In this document: positions 1 to 10,038 of the stretch, piece after piece | Numbering within the stretch: the stretch's first letter is position 1 | Layout of the letters: every line of letters starts with the position of its first letter | Assembly: GCA_963696295.1 (NCBI GenBank) | Contig: CAVOJR010000001.1 | Location: forward strand, 1,696,001-1,760,000 | Origin: an uncultured Chlamydiae bacterium | GTDB taxonomy: Bacteria; Chlamydiota; Chlamydiia; Chlamydiales; JAJFMB01 | Direction of reading: 5' to 3' | DNA length: 64,000 nt | The notes under the pieces: generated by a model | The model's input: only the letters and a program-made list of their open reading frames with translations | Databases searched by the model: none | What the model was told of the DNA's origin: nothing | Program-made: the position numbers and the translations under genes

Positions 1-2
1 CC

Positions 3-437
3 GAGCATATTTACAATAACGTCAGGCAGCTCGAAGGAGCGGTCAACAGATTAAGCGCCCACTGCCGCCTTTTGGAGCTCGATATCACTGAAGAGCTCGT
101 GAAGAAGACGTTGCGGGAAATGCTGCAGCATGCTCCAAAGGAAAGAATTGCTGTGGAAGAGATTTTAAAAAGCGTGGCGACGATATTTCAGGTAAAGGGG
201 GGCGTGAAGGCTCTCAGGGGTTCGGGCCGCAAAAAAGAGGTGGCCCTTCCAAGACAAGTGGCCATGTACCTGGCCAATAAGCTCATCAAAGATTCCCTGC
301 AAATGCTGGGCGCCTCGTTTGGAAAAACCCACTCGACAATTATTCACGCCTGCCGCAGTATTGAGAAAAAAGCGGCGGAAGATGAAAAGCTGCGCCGTCA
401 AATAAGCATGGTAGAAAGAGACATTCATGCCCAATAA
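3..437 (+). CDS. dnaA: Chromosomal replication initiator DnaA, C-terminal part (5' end lies outside the window)
   Basis: The frame is open from the window start: NNVRQLEGAVNRL (domain III end) and VALPRQVAMYL...FGKTHSTIIHA (domain IV DnaA-box-binding HTH). Confidence 0.95.
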   Translation, partial: EHIYNNVRQLEGAVNRLSAHCRLLELDITEELVKKTLREMLQHAPKERIAVEEILKSVATIFQVKGGVKALRGSGRKKEVALPRQVAMYLANKLIKDSLQMLGASFGKTHSTIIHACRSIEKKAAEDEKLRRQISMVERDIHAQ

Positions 438-813
438 GCAGTATAGTTCCCATCCCAGAGATCACATGGCCAATGAAAGAACTTTTCTGGCCTGGATAAG
501 AACCAGCATAGGCATAATGGTATTTGGCTTTGTCGTAGAAAAATTTTCCCTTTTTATGAAGCATGTCGTCCCTTTTTTTGGAAATCCTGCGGAATCACCC
601 CCGCCTCCAAAAGCATTTGTCTCATTTTTCGGGGTCATCCTTGTGATTTTCGGTGTGTTGCTCTGTGTGCTTGCTTTTATCAGGTTTAAAGCAGTTGAGA
701 AACAAATAGAGGATAATACCTATCAACCCTCCATATTGCTGAATGTCATGCTGACATTGTCTGTTTTGCTCATTGGCATTTTTCTAATGATTTATTTAAA
801 GCACAGTATTTAA
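427..813 (+). CDS. YidH/DUF202 family inner membrane protein
   Basis: RDHMANERTFLAWIRTSI signature followed by three hydrophobic helices. Confidence 0.9.
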   Translation: MPNKQYSSHPRDHMANERTFLAWIRTSIGIMVFGFVVEKFSLFMKHVVPFFGNPAESPPPPKAFVSFFGVILVIFGVLLCVLAFIRFKAVEKQIEDNTYQPSILLNVMLTLSVLLIGIFLMIYLKHSI

Positions 814-822
814 TGGCGTTGT

Positions 823-1476
823 TTAAACGCTTTCATAGCAAAAGGCCAGGCCCGATATTGCGCCGGGAAAAGCCTCCATCAGCCCCTCGGCTGCCGGGGC
901 AATCAGCTGGGTTGTGTCGGCAATTAACAATACTGATTTGTCGTCCAGCTTCCTCTTCGGTCTGAATGGGGGAGTTTCGTCATCGTCAAAAGTTAAGGCG
1001 TTTATGAAAGGCACCTCCAGCAGGCGGCTGACTTCCTGAGCCAGCAGCGCATTGTGATCGTAGCCTACGCGAATCATCTGCCGGACGGGGCGGGGGACGG
1101 GCACGATGAGATCCGGGATATCCCAATTCAGATTTGTCCATTGCAACACTAAAAATGCTCCTGCGCCTTTGGCTAAATAGGGTTGCTTTTTGCTGACCAG
1201 GCCGGTGAGAAGCGAAGCGGCGGGGCCGGTGTAGTCAAAGGCCGCTGCCTTGCGGTGGATCATCTGTTTTTGGCTGCGGCACTTCGGACAAATTTTTTGG
1301 TGTTGCGATTCCAGCTCGGAAAAGCATAAGGGGCAGCGATATCCGGGATCCAAAAGTTCTAACTCGGAAAAGCAGGGAGGGCAGAAATAATGCCGCTCTT
1401 CGCTCACTGTTTGCCGGCAATGGAGGCAAAGCGGGGGATAGAGAAAGGAAAGGAGGGGACGCAATAACCTCTTCAT
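823..1476 (-). CDS. ComF family protein (double zinc ribbon plus PRTase-like domain)
   Basis: LYPPLCLHC...CPPC...CPLC...CPKC zinc ribbons, DLIVPVP and RVGYDHNALLA. The PRPP-binding motif is degenerate (LLIADT). Confidence 0.85.
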   Translation of the reverse strand: MKRLLRPLLSFLYPPLCLHCRQTVSEERHYFCPPCFSELELLDPGYRCPLCFSELESQHQKICPKCRSQKQMIHRKAAAFDYTGPAASLLTGLVSKKQPYLAKGAGAFLVLQWTNLNWDIPDLIVPVPRPVRQMIRVGYDHNALLAQEVSRLLEVPFINALTFDDDETPPFRPKRKLDDKSVLLIADTTQLIAPAAEGLMEAFPGAISGLAFCYESV

Positions 1477-1491
1477 AGTGAAGAGAGGATA

Positions 1492-1962
1492 TCAGATATG
1501 GACGCCGAAGTCAGCAAATATCGGGTTTTCCAGACGCTTAAAATCCTCCAGAGAGATTTTGATGACGTCGGTGTGGGTCCCCGCGTTGAAGACAATATTT
1601 TTATCTGTTTGTAAATGGCTGTCGGCATACACCTTCAAACCCTGTAAATGTCCGAAGGGGGGCATGGCCCCGATTTCATAATCGGGAAAGACGGCGCCGA
1701 CAGCTGTTTCATCGGCCAACTCTACCTCTTTGGCTTTCAGTATGTTCTTCAGTTTATCAAAGTCGATCAGATGGTTGGCGGAAAGCACGCATAAGTATAA
1801 TTTCCCATTGGCTTTAACGAGGATGGATTTCACAAATTGCTTACCGGGAACATGTTGGGCATTGGCAACCTCTTGGGCTGTATACGCCGTTTCATGCTGG
1901 CTGTGGGAGTAGTTAACTTTTTGATCCTTCAGATAGCTTAGCAACTTCTTTGAAATAGTCAT
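1492..1962 (-). CDS. YbaK/EbsC family aminoacyl-tRNA deacylase
   Basis: VKSILVK, FPDYEIGAMPPFG and VFNAGTH motifs. Confidence 0.9.
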   Translation of the reverse strand: MTISKKLLSYLKDQKVNYSHSQHETAYTAQEVANAQHVPGKQFVKSILVKANGKLYLCVLSANHLIDFDKLKNILKAKEVELADETAVGAVFPDYEIGAMPPFGHLQGLKVYADSHLQTDKNIVFNAGTHTDVIKISLEDFKRLENPIFADFGVHI

Positions 1963-1995
1963 ACCTTTCCTCCCTTTCTTTTCGATATAGCATAC

Positions 1996-4900
1996 CTATA
2001 TAGAAAAGGGAAACTCTTTCTTTAGAGGTTTTTGCTGCAGCAGAGAAAAAGAGGGTTTATCATAAGGACCTTGCACCATAAAGGTGAAGAGCTCGGTAAA
2101 TTTAAAGATGAGGTTGTATTGTTTCATCCGCAGCTTAACATTGAGGTGGCCGTTAAAATCCATATGAGAGTCGGCATTCGGGAGATAAAACTTCGACGCC
2201 TTCCCTTCGCTATACACCTCCTCAAAGTTTGTGAAGTAGATTTTGCCATCACGGATTTCATAATGGATGGTTCCTTTAGCGGGAGTCAGAGCGGCCATTT
2301 CAAAGCGGCTGCTGATTTCAGCCGGCAGGGTAAAGAGGGTGTTTGGCTGATTTCGTTTTGCGGAATTGGAGAAGGAGAACTTTCCTTTGCCTCTATAGGA
2401 AGAGGGGTTTTGCAGGCTTCCTGCAAAGTTCTGCATTTCCAAGTGTTTGATGACCAAAGGCATCAGCTTATTCGGTTTGAAGTCATTGATTTCCAGAAGA
2501 GGCATGGAAATCCTCCACTCGCCGGCTTTCTCTAAGGTGATTTGCCCGGTTTGAAAGGCGTCTGCTTTTAAGTTTTGCAGGGTAATGCGCTCTTTTTGGT
2601 AGCTGACATCGCATAAAAGACGCTGAAATTTTGTGCCGTTCAGTTCAAAATCGCGCCCTTCCAGGGTTCCCTGAAAATAATTCTCCCTGAATTTCCCTTT
2701 TAAAACAAAATCCCCCGCCTTGCAGTCGGCGCAAAGTTCCTTCAAAGAGGGAGGGATTGCGGAGAATGCCTCGGGAAGGGAGACTTTTACCTCTCCTGTC
2801 AACTCCTCCTCGGGAGTTTGTAAAAGGTCTATGGAAATTCCGGCGAGGCTCCCTTGCGCGGTTCCTTTTGTAAAGTTCACTGTGGCAATCGGCTTTTGTC
2901 CGCTGATGACTAACTTTTCATTGTCGAGTTCCAGGAGGAATGAGTCGATCTCATGCTCTCTTTGATAAAAATGGTATTTTCCTTTTTCCAGACAAAGCTT
3001 AGCGTTGCGGTATTCCTTGGATTTTTGCAGGTTGAGTCGCCCTTTGAGCTCCCCTTCCTGCTTGGCCTCCGCAAGGAGCGAGGCGGCATGAGGCGGGATG
3101 TAATCGGGAAACCACCCTTGCAGCTTTTTTGAGAGCCAGGCTAACTGGCTGTGAGGAACTTGGAAGTCTAACGCCTCTATCTCCAGTTCTTTGTGGTTAA
3201 TATCGAAATCCATTTTCCCGATTTTACACGCGAGTTGCGAAGTATTGGTTTCGAGTCCTTGCAGCGTAATGCCCCGATCGGAACGGATATGGCAGGTGAT
3301 GTTTTCATTATCGGAAAAATCGAGATCCTGAATGCCCCATGAGCGCAAGGAGGCGGTCAAGAGGGTATCCAGCTTCCATCTTGGGATAAGTTTGGAAAAC
3401 TCTATGTTAAACCGGCCGCTCCCGCGAAGGGCTCCTTTTGGTATAAATTTCTCGGCATAAGGCTTGAAAAGAGGAAAATCTTTTAGGTTGGCTAAATCAA
3501 TTTCCAATAGGTTTACTTTGCCTTCGAGATTATTTGACCGTTCGAAATATTCCCCCTCCATGCCCATTAAAAGGGCATCGCCGTAGCGCAAACCGATAAA
3601 GTCGATTTTCCAGCTTTGAGGCAGGCAGGTGAGATCTGCAGAGAGCGAAAGTCCGTCCAGCTGCCCCTGGTCAATGCTCCAGGAGGAATGTTTTTTGCGG
3701 CCATCGAAAGAGCAGGTATGAAACCGGTAATCTCCGATAGAGATATTTTGGCCATCCAGGCGGTAGGTAAAGGCCTCGCTTTGCTTGTCAAAAGCCAAAT
3801 CGAGTTTAAAACGGCCTTGACCGCTGTTGGCATCTTTGAATTTCAGCGTTTGGAGGAGAGTTGGCAAAGAGAATTCCGTTGCCATCTGGAAAGTATCAAT
3901 TTCGGACCAGTCCTTTATGACTAGAGTAAAGGAAGAGGGGTGGATCTCTTTGAATCCGCTCTTTTGAGGATCGAGCTCAATGCTTATGAGGTTTTGATTT
4001 AACGGGGTGGTTTGACCGCATAAGCGGAGGGGTTCTTCCTCTCCGAGGGTTATGTCGAAATGCGCTTTGTTTTCAAAATGGATGGAGCCGCCTGTGATGG
4101 GGTATTCCTGGAACAAAGCGCCTCTGATATTCGATAGATCAAGACTATTTTCATCGGCAGTGAAAGTGTAGTTGAAATCGGCGCTCATACCGCTTAAAGG
4201 CGGACAGGCAATCCCGTTTAAAGCCCCTTGAATTTCCCCGTGCACTTCGAAGTTATCGGGCCAGCTGGTTATTCGTAAAGCGGCAAAGTCATGGCGAAAG
4301 CTTCCTTCCAGGGGAAATTTTTGAAAAAGCAGGGGGTTTTTGAGGTGAGTCAAAAATTGTTGGAGCTCTGCGGCAGACGCCTGTATTGTGTGGGCATTTA
4401 TTACAATGTCATAGGCTTTTTCCTCGTATAAATCATAATCGAAGTCGATCGATCCCCCAAAAGAGATGCCCTGGCATTTTGCCTGGAGATCGTCGAAATG
4501 AATCTTATGCGCTTCAAGATGTGCCGTAGTTGAAATGTCCGTGAATGTCAGGCCGCGGGATTTTTCGAGGCAGGAGGCATTTTCAATCGGCAAGGAGCCG
4601 AAGTGATTATGATGGATAAAATCGAAGTGATGAGCCGCCGCCTTTTTTTGATCTTCAGCTTCGAACAGCAGGTAAGGGGTATCGAGCTTTAAATGATGGA
4701 TGCGGTAGGAAAGATCGAGTCTTTTGCGGTCGAAGGTGCCGTTCAGGTCGCCGTTGCCTTGCAAATGCATAGGCTTGTCCCGGAAGATAAAGGGGGCGAG
4801 GTATTTGTCGATAGGCAGATTTTTGCCGCAAAACCAGCCGTTTTTCAGTTCGAGATCGCTTTTGCCAAGATCAAAGCCAAAGCGGCACTGGTCCGATTGC

Positions 4901-6081
4901 AGGTCGACGCTGCCGTTGACCGTGAAGCTCGAGTCGTTTTTTTTGACCTGCGCCCATGCGTGGATTTCTCCTTCAAGCTCAGGCAGGCAGCTATTTAAGG
5001 GCCGGGCCGGCCCAGAATATTGAAGGGTTAAAAAATGATCCCGGTCGAAAAGCATCTCTCCTTTCAATTTCGCAAATTCAAAGTTTTTAAAACTCATCAA
5101 GAAATTGAGTGTGTCTTGCTGATAGATTCCATCCACTTTAAAAGGCTGCCCCGCGTGATGCAGCCCCTCCAGAGAGAATTGAGAAGTTGTTAAATTGACA
5201 AAAGAAAAGTCGGCGAGGAGGCGGCTTACCGCAAACCCTGAGCCAAAAGAGAGGCTGCCGTGTTCTTTGCAGAGGCATTTGCCAATGATGTTGCGAGATT
5301 CCCCCGTATGAAACTGCAAGTGCACATGGGGCAAAGAGCCTTGGCACCGCAGCTGCTCATTGGCAAAAGTAAAGTCGGACAAGTGAATCTCCCCTTCAGC
5401 TATCCCGCCTTTAAGTTCAAGGGATCCGTTTAGTTTCCCGGTGATTGCTTCCCATTTCCGCGAATTTGGGGAGGTGTAATGAAGGATGGGCGTGATCGCT
5501 TTCGGATTCAAGTCATGAAGGTGCAGATCCGCTTTGACTTCCCCTTCAGGATTTGAGGAGGCAGTTAGGGTCATGTATCCGTTTCCAAAGTCGAGGTTCA
5601 AATGGCCGGAGGAACCCGTTTCGGCCTGCTTTTCCGCTTTGAAATCGAATAGGCAATATTCCTCATGAGGCAAGTGGAGTTTTCCCTTTTCTATTTGTAG
5701 AGACAGATCGAACCAGGAAGCTCTTTTTTTACTGAAGGCCTGTAAAGCCAAGTTGAGTTCTTTGAAAGCCTGGATATATTCCAGTTCGGGTTCGATGATC
5801 TCGATCTGGCAAGCCAGCTGCCTCTTCAGAGCATAGCGGATCACGATCCGGGTAGCTGAAAAAGGTGTTTTGCCCTTTTCGGGTCCTTTAATTTTCCCAA
5901 GGGAGGGGCGATCGATGACGAGAGCGTTATCGGCAAAAGTGAATTTTTGATACTGGAGTTCGCTTCTCAGATAGCGGCGGCAATAGCTTTGCAGGGACCA
6001 TTCCAGAGCGGCTGGGGAGAATTGGTACACGGCTCCAGCTATGAGGCAGAGAAAAGAGAGGAAAAAAAGGCAGCGGCGCAT
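1996..6081 (-). CDS. Large N-terminally anchored hypothetical protein, possibly AsmA/TamB-like
   Basis: 1361-aa ORF with one N-terminal hydrophobic segment, then alternating beta-strand-like Gly/hydrophobic patterns. The family assignment is an inference. Confidence 0.55.
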   Translation of the reverse strand: MRRCLFFLSFLCLIAGAVYQFSPAALEWSLQSYCRRYLRSELQYQKFTFADNALVIDRPSLGKIKGPEKGKTPFSATRIVIRYALKRQLACQIEIIEPELEYIQAFKELNLALQAFSKKRASWFDLSLQIEKGKLHLPHEEYCLFDFKAEKQAETGSSGHLNLDFGNGYMTLTASSNPEGEVKADLHLHDLNPKAITPILHYTSPNSRKWEAITGKLNGSLELKGGIAEGEIHLSDFTFANEQLRCQGSLPHVHLQFHTGESRNIIGKCLCKEHGSLSFGSGFAVSRLLADFSFVNLTTSQFSLEGLHHAGQPFKVDGIYQQDTLNFLMSFKNFEFAKLKGEMLFDRDHFLTLQYSGPARPLNSCLPELEGEIHAWAQVKKNDSSFTVNGSVDLQSDQCRFGFDLGKSDLELKNGWFCGKNLPIDKYLAPFIFRDKPMHLQGNGDLNGTFDRKRLDLSYRIHHLKLDTPYLLFEAEDQKKAAAHHFDFIHHNHFGSLPIENASCLEKSRGLTFTDISTTAHLEAHKIHFDDLQAKCQGISFGGSIDFDYDLYEEKAYDIVINAHTIQASAAELQQFLTHLKNPLLFQKFPLEGSFRHDFAALRITSWPDNFEVHGEIQGALNGIACPPLSGMSADFNYTFTADENSLDLSNIRGALFQEYPITGGSIHFENKAHFDITLGEEEPLRLCGQTTPLNQNLISIELDPQKSGFKEIHPSSFTLVIKDWSEIDTFQMATEFSLPTLLQTLKFKDANSGQGRFKLDLAFDKQSEAFTYRLDGQNISIGDYRFHTCSFDGRKKHSSWSIDQGQLDGLSLSADLTCLPQSWKIDFIGLRYGDALLMGMEGEYFERSNNLEGKVNLLEIDLANLKDFPLFKPYAEKFIPKGALRGSGRFNIEFSKLIPRWKLDTLLTASLRSWGIQDLDFSDNENITCHIRSDRGITLQGLETNTSQLACKIGKMDFDINHKELEIEALDFQVPHSQLAWLSKKLQGWFPDYIPPHAASLLAEAKQEGELKGRLNLQKSKEYRNAKLCLEKGKYHFYQREHEIDSFLLELDNEKLVISGQKPIATVNFTKGTAQGSLAGISIDLLQTPEEELTGEVKVSLPEAFSAIPPSLKELCADCKAGDFVLKGKFRENYFQGTLEGRDFELNGTKFQRLLCDVSYQKERITLQNLKADAFQTGQITLEKAGEWRISMPLLEINDFKPNKLMPLVIKHLEMQNFAGSLQNPSSYRGKGKFSFSNSAKRNQPNTLFTLPAEISSRFEMAALTPAKGTIHYEIRDGKIYFTNFEEVYSEGKASKFYLPNADSHMDFNGHLNVKLRMKQYNLIFKFTELFTFMVQGPYDKPSFSLLQQKPLKKEFPFSI

Positions 6082-6138
6082 CTCTATACACTTTAAGTAA
6101 ACTGTATATTACCTTTTTCTTAAATTTTATACACAAAC

Positions 6139-6176
6139 AAAAGGGTCACAACAATGGTAGCGCATCGTTGTGACCC
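6139..6176 (-). terminator. Rho-independent terminator after oppA
   Basis: GGGTCACAAC (6143-6152) pairs with GTTGTGACCC (6167-6176); the stem is followed on the minus strand by TTTTGTTT. Confidence 0.75.
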
Positions 6177-6189
6177 GGAAATGAACGCC

Positions 6190-7842
6190 TTAATTTATTT
6201 CAGCGTGTTTGAAGTCCAGGTATCCAAACTCGGAGAAAAGGACCTCTTTGAGTTGCTCATTTTTTACATAGTTATAGCACTTGTAGTAGAGCGGAGCCGC
6301 AGGTGTTTCAGTGAGAAGGAGTTGTTCTGCCTGGTCTAATATGTCCATGCAGATCTCGTTTTCATCGATACACTTTGACAGGTTCAGCTGCGCCATGTAC
6401 TGTTGGCTTTCCCAATCAGGATTTTTACATTTGTGATTGAAAATTTCTAAAAAGGTTGTGGGATCTTTAAAGTCTCCGTACCAGCTTTTCATGCTGACAG
6501 AGTAATTACCCTCTTTGAGGCGGTCATTGTAGCCTTTTGATTCGCAAGCTTCGAGGGCGATATCGATGCCGAGAGCCTCTTTCCACTGCTGTTGCACTGC
6601 TTTTGCCACTTTATTGCTAAGCTCATGCGAGGCAAAAGTCAGGGTGATCTTCGGCAGTTGATCGAGCGTGCAGCCCATCTCTACAAGCGCCCCGGAAAGA
6701 AGTTCCTTGGCGGCTTCGATGTTCTGATTATCGAAATACAGCATCGCTTCCAGATCATGGGAGAGGGGGACAAATCCGGCTGCCGGCGTTTTTTCCCCTT
6801 GAGTGATTTGGGCTACAATGTCGCTGCGGTTCAAGCTTAAGCTCAAAGCTTTTCTCACTTTCAGGTTGTCAAAAGGGGCTTTTGAGGTATTGAAAGAGAG
6901 GTAGTGCACTCCGGCTGCCGTCTGGCTTTCAACGGAATCCTCGGTTGAGGCGGGAAGGCTCGACAGGGGCGCGCCTATCCAATCTAATTTTCCGGCTTGA
7001 AACATTTCCCAGGCGTTCTCGTCCTCTAAAACCATTGCGTAGATTTTATCGATACGCACCTGACCGGCATCCCAATAATTCGGGTTTTTGACCGCTTGCA
7101 GTCCGGCCGATTTGACCCAAGACTCGAGCTGGAAGGGTCCATTGGCTATCGGAAGGGTTGAAGGATTCTTCGCCCACTCCTGATGGACAGGACAGAAGAC
7201 ATTAAAAGTGGTCAGTTCCAGGAAGTGGGGAGCGGGTTCATTCAGCTCGACCACCAGAGTTTTGTCATCTTTGGCCGCGATGCCCACTTCTTCCAGGGGA
7301 AGGGTGCCCTCTTTGGCCTCTTTGGCTCCTTTGATCAGAAAAAGCTGGCTGGCCATGGGAGCTGGAAAATCGGGCGCCAAAACGGATTTCCATGAAGCGG
7401 CAAAGTCATGAGCGGTGACAGGGTCCCCATTGGACCAGTTGCAGTCGCGCAAATGGAATGTGTAGATTTTGCCGTTTTCAGACACATTCACTTCCCTGGC
7501 TACTCCGGGAAGGATTTCCCCGTCCTTGCCTTGCACCATGAGTCCTTCGTAAAACATTTTAATAAATGTCGTGTTGGCGATAGACTCGGCCAGTCTCGGA
7601 TCGAGGGTCTGAGGGTCCTCTTTGGTGCTGATGCGAACCGATTTTTCCTTTTCGCTGCTGTCCATGACTTTATCGGAGTCAAGGGCGCAGGATTCCAAAT
7701 CCATTTGGGCGGATTTGTTTTTGAGGGTATAACTATAAGCAGCCACCGGGTCGTCAGCAGGCGGCGGTGATGGTGGTGATGTTTTTTTGCATCCTGTGAG
7801 AATCAAACAGGCGATTGTGATAAAAGGTATGTACTTTGTCAT
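6190..7842 (-). CDS. oppA: Oligopeptide ABC transporter substrate-binding lipoprotein
   Basis: Lipobox LILTGC; DPQTLDPR, YEGL, YTFHLR, WSNGDPVTAHDF and NGPF motifs; RBS AGGAG upstream. Confidence 0.92.
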   Translation of the reverse strand: MTKYIPFITIACLILTGCKKTSPPSPPPADDPVAAYSYTLKNKSAQMDLESCALDSDKVMDSSEKEKSVRISTKEDPQTLDPRLAESIANTTFIKMFYEGLMVQGKDGEILPGVAREVNVSENGKIYTFHLRDCNWSNGDPVTAHDFAASWKSVLAPDFPAPMASQLFLIKGAKEAKEGTLPLEEVGIAAKDDKTLVVELNEPAPHFLELTTFNVFCPVHQEWAKNPSTLPIANGPFQLESWVKSAGLQAVKNPNYWDAGQVRIDKIYAMVLEDENAWEMFQAGKLDWIGAPLSSLPASTEDSVESQTAAGVHYLSFNTSKAPFDNLKVRKALSLSLNRSDIVAQITQGEKTPAAGFVPLSHDLEAMLYFDNQNIEAAKELLSGALVEMGCTLDQLPKITLTFASHELSNKVAKAVQQQWKEALGIDIALEACESKGYNDRLKEGNYSVSMKSWYGDFKDPTTFLEIFNHKCKNPDWESQQYMAQLNLSKCIDENEICMDILDQAEQLLLTETPAAPLYYKCYNYVKNEQLKEVLFSEFGYLDFKHAEIN

Positions 7843-7913
7843 AAGGAGTCCTCCTTGTTAAAATTTTAAGTTTATTAAATCTTAACGAGGAAATTTAAGT
7901 CAACAGAATAGCT

Positions 7914-8732
7914 CTACCAATCCATGTCCTCCTCGTAACCCATTTCAATCAAAGCTGTGCCCAATAGGCTGGTTTTAAAGGCGATTTTAAGCTCTTCATC
8001 AAAATGAGTTTTCCATTCCCCAATTTCCCCTTTTCTAAAGGTAGCGGAGGTTCCGTAGAGATGTTTCACAATTTTTTTGATGGCCAGGTGGTCCAGCTTC
8101 AATCCCAACTTTTTAGATAAGTTTAAGATGAGATCCATCTGCGCTTTATCGGATCCTCCCCCTTTTTCCCCTACGAGGTCTTCAAAGCGCACAATATGGA
8201 CATTCTCACGCTTTACCAATTCAAAATACGCCATGACTTGAGAATTCATGCTTTTTATGCTGTGCATTAACTTTTCTTGGAGAGTCAGTTTTTGATCGGG
8301 ATAGAAATTTTTGAAATAGTTCTCTTTTTCCAGATGATAGGCTAAGGAAACAACCACATCGCGCAGATCCCGGGAATTTGTTATCAACAAAAAATCGGGA
8401 TGGGAATCGGCATATATTCCAAATGGAATGAAATAATCGGCCGTGTGAGAATAGGTAAAGCGCTGGGTTCTATCTAACGTATTTAAGTACCTTATAAATC
8501 GGTTAATAAGCTTTGTGGTAAAGAAATTTTCATCACCTTTTCCGGAGCGTGGAATTTTAAACATATCCCCGATATAGACAAAATGTCTTTGGGTTAAAGC
8601 GGCTAACAGATCCTTTGTCATGTGGGTACCTGTTTTCATCATAGTGACGAGAGCAAAGTTGTTGTATACTTTCTCTTCTTCCGCAGAAATAAAAGAAATA
8701 AATAAAACTGATAACAGAAATATTTTTAGCAT
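7914..8732 (-). CDS. Sulfotransferase domain protein with signal peptide
   Basis: 5'-PSB-like KTGTH, 3'-PB RDLRDVVVS, VRFEDL and the C-terminal FRKGEIGEWKTHF motif. The likely start is MLKIFLL at 8732. Confidence 0.8.
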   Translation of the reverse strand: MLKIFLLSVLFISFISAEEEKVYNNFALVTMMKTGTHMTKDLLAALTQRHFVYIGDMFKIPRSGKGDENFFTTKLINRFIRYLNTLDRTQRFTYSHTADYFIPFGIYADSHPDFLLITNSRDLRDVVVSLAYHLEKENYFKNFYPDQKLTLQEKLMHSIKSMNSQVMAYFELVKRENVHIVRFEDLVGEKGGGSDKAQMDLILNLSKKLGLKLDHLAIKKIVKHLYGTSATFRKGEIGEWKTHFDEELKIAFKTSLLGTALIEMGYEEDMDW

Positions 8733-8853
8733 ATTCTTACCTTTTTCGGATGAATATAAGCAATTCCTGATAAAATTGGAAATTGAAAAAAACCGTTGGA
8801 CAAAATTCTGCACGGGAATATGATTTGCCCTTCATTTCTTCTTTGAGGCGCTT

Positions 8854-10038
8854 ATGTTGAAAAACTTGTTTATTTTCCTGCTCCTTTTTTCGTCCAGTGG
8901 CATTTCGGGCTGCGACCGGCGAAATCCCGAATTTTGCTCGTCGTCCATAGCTAGCGCTATGAACTCCTCACAATCTTCGGGATTTCTTGGTCTCGCTCCG
9001 AAATACCAAGTTGACGAAAATAAACCAATAGCCCTTCTTTCGGCTACTGGTTTAATTTCGTCCAGTGGCATTTCGGGCTGCGACCGGCGAAATCCCGAAT
9101 TTTGCTCGTCGTCCATAGCTAGCGCTATGAACTCCTCACAATCTTCGGGATTTCTTGGTCTCGCTCCGAAATACCAAGTTGACGAAAATAAACCAATAGC
9201 CCTTCTTTCCGAAGAGGAGCTTCCTTTCGCCGCTCCTTACACGTTTATGAAATTGGCTGATTTTGTTTATAACGAAGAGGAGCCTTTTGAACCGGCTCAA
9301 GTTTTTGAAGGCGCGGTGGTGTATGCCGTTTCTACGCAACTATCCTCATTCTTTACCATGATCCACACCCATATCAAAAACCGTTACATTCTCATCACGC
9401 ATGGCGCCGATCCATTCGTTCCCGGCAGGTATGTCAAATATTTAAACAGCTGCAAAATCATCGCGTGGCTTGGCCGAAATCCTTCAGTAAAACCAAATAA
9501 GAAGTTTCATCCGATTCCCATAGGGATTAATGCCAGGACTCAAGGCGCGGCTGAATGGGCTAAGCCTATTTATGACCGGCTCTTAGAATGCGACTGTGAA
9601 AAAGAACACCTTCTTTATCTGAACTTTGATCTGAAAACCAACAAATCGGCAAGAGGAGAGGTGTACGATTTATTCCATTCCAAACCCTACTGCTTTTGCT
9701 CTGAGAAGAAGCCGATGGAAGAGTATCTGCTCGATCTTAAAAAATCCCACTTTGTCCTCTCTCCAACCGGCAACGGGCTGGACTGTTTCAGGACCTGGGA
9801 AGCGATGCTGATGGGTTCCATACCCATTGTTCAAACCTCAAAGTTAGATCCCTTATTGGAAGATCTTCCCGTATTGATCGTTGATGACTGGAAAATCATC
9901 AATCAAAAATATCTCAAAGCCAAAAAAATAGAATTTGAAAAAAAGAGATATTCCCTTGAGAAGATTTATATTTCTTACTGGAAAGAATATATCCATCGTC
10001 TATTGAAAGAGGCCGGAATCGAAAATGATAAAAGCTGA
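8854..10038 (+). CDS. Exostosin/GT47-like glycosyltransferase-related protein, with two palindromic element copies inserted at the signal peptide
   Basis: C-terminal FVLSPTGNGLDCFRTWEAMLMGSIPIV motif; paralogous to 26069..27109; duplicated 51-aa segment near the N-terminus. Confidence 0.7.
   Translation: MLKNLFIFLLLFSSSGISGCDRRNPEFCSSSIASAMNSSQSSGFLGLAPKYQVDENKPIALLSATGLISSSGISGCDRRNPEFCSSSIASAMNSSQSSGFLGLAPKYQVDENKPIALLSEEELPFAAPYTFMKLADFVYNEEEPFEPAQVFEGAVVYAVSTQLSSFFTMIHTHIKNRYILITHGADPFVPGRYVKYLNSCKIIAWLGRNPSVKPNKKFHPIPIGINARTQGAAEWAKPIYDRLLECDCEKEHLLYLNFDLKTNKSARGEVYDLFHSKPYCFCSEKKPMEEYLLDLKKSHFVLSPTGNGLDCFRTWEAMLMGSIPIVQTSKLDPLLEDLPVLIVDDWKIINQKYLKAKKIEFEKKRYSLEKIYISYWKEYIHRLLKEAGIENDKS
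8888..9209. repeat. Two identical 154-bp direct repeats (8888-9041 and 9056-9209, period 168), each a long imperfect palindrome
   Basis: Identity read directly. The complete hairpin is 9044-9199, with arms CTACTGGTTTAATTTCGTC/GACGAAAATAAACCAATAG, GAAATCCCGAA/TTCGGGATTTC and CATAGC/GCTATG. Confidence 0.95.

Noticed and set aside
438..830. oriC next to dnaA
   Set aside because: There is no intergenic gap or DnaA-box cluster downstream; the next gene overlaps dnaA.
6190..7842. oppA without permease genes
   Set aside because: Stand-alone oppA paralogues are common in chlamydiae.
8832..9116. 94-aa minus-strand ORF with an internal repeat
   Set aside because: It is the antisense reading of the palindromic element copies; there is no independent evidence for a gene.
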